DNA of 64,000 bases. It comes from Octopus bimaculoides. Its lineage: Eukaryota. The notes beneath the pieces were generated by a model. It saw only the letters and a list, made by a program, of their open reading frames with translations, made no database searches and was not told the origin of the DNA. The translations under genes and the position numbers were made by a program. The stretch covers positions 66,519,634 through 66,583,633 of the forward strand of contig NC_068983.1 in the NCBI RefSeq assembly GCF_001194135.2, read 5' to 3'. Positions 62,871-64,000 of this stretch are shown piece by piece (position 1 is the first letter of the stretch; every line of letters begins with the position of its first letter).

Positions 62871-64000
62871 ACAGACATTTGCTGCTGCTGATGATTTCCC
62901 ATTACATTTTTCACATAGGTTTTGTATACTTTTACTGTGCAGCTATCCTTACTGGAGACCTTCAAATTATCTTGCAATAGAGTTAATGTAATCTCATTGG
63001 ACTGCAATAATAAATTGACACTACTCATTTAAAGAAACAAACTTCATAGCCCTTCTATTAGTGATTCCAGCTTCATACCTCATAATTAATAAATAGCACA
63101 AAAGTTAAGCATAAGAACTTCTGACAATGCTAAAAGGATTATGCAAAGGGTGAATTTCCTCTTTAACGTTAGACACTACTTTTAACCTAAATGTCTGCTG
63201 ATCCTTTGAATGTTACAAACACACCCTATATCAGAATATTATTCATGCAGCTGAGCTAGAGGATCCACCAAGCATTCATGTAAATGCATTTTGGAAAAGG
63301 CCTTCCTAACTGTTTACCTATTTCTTGAACATGTTACTGTAACTGATGATTTTGTCTCACTTGTCAGTTATAAAATCTTTTACATAAATCATGTTTTCCT
63401 CCTTAGTACTTGAAATTCCTAACACTTGGAGGGCATTAACATGTTATGGATGTTTATTGCATGGTTCAGATGCTTAACAACTGACTTCATTATCATAAAT
63501 ATAGATCTAGCAATTGTTTTACATTGTGCCCTTATATAAAACAACTGATTCTTTTTGTGCTAATTTATCTGACTGAACAGAAAAAAAGCCTCATCATATA
63601 TAGGTGGAGTAGTATGTCTAGTTTGCAAAACAATTATTCCAAGTCTTATCTGTGTAATTATGAAAAAATGGATGGGATACAGTGGAAAAAAAGAAAAAAA
63701 AAAGACAAGTTTTATCTCACATTATGAAATAAAGATAAGCAAATTATTTTTACATTAAGTTCAAAGACAATTGTATTTTTCTCAGATTTGATACAAAAAC
63801 TGTCATTTTACATAAAAAGAAAGTTACCGGAATTCATATTTTATTCCTCTATTTTTGGAGGATACCTTTCCTCTGTGTACTATTATTCTGTTCTAGCACA
63901 GCCCTTTTGTCAATATTTAATTTCTCTGAAGTTGACAAAATATCTGATAGAGGTAATGTGATAGCAGCTAATATATGCAGGAGTGCTTGCACCATACAAG

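Overview
AT-rich, microsatellite-rich eukaryotic draft scaffold with N gaps. The repeat content (tRNA-derived and RTE-tailed SINEs, RTE LINEs, (TA)n/(CA)n tracts) looks like an octopus-type cephalopod genome; this is inference. No multi-exon host gene can be called; the window is intronic or intergenic. Recognisable elements: a Tc1 (4477-5734), several RTE LINE copies, an RT-deleted Gypsy LTR element (11640-14911), two mariner derivatives, an R4/Dong-like LINE, a near-complete piggyBac (58606-61212) with a related MITE, and two Penelope-like (GIY-YIG) remnants. The most notable pattern is a set of Penelope-type hammerhead ribozyme motifs in three sequence families, usually in elements that carry an inverted copy of their own 3' end. 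Two of these are palindromic, TSD-flanked dimers of a non-coding unit (tRNA-like Pol III head + (AAT)n + hammerhead) at 15566-16125 and 20301-20998. These suggest a SINE-like, ribozyme-bearing retroposon mobilised by Penelope machinery through fold-back copying. A candidate recursive splice site/microexon lies at 9253-9277. All structures were read by eye; coordinates of degraded elements are approximate.
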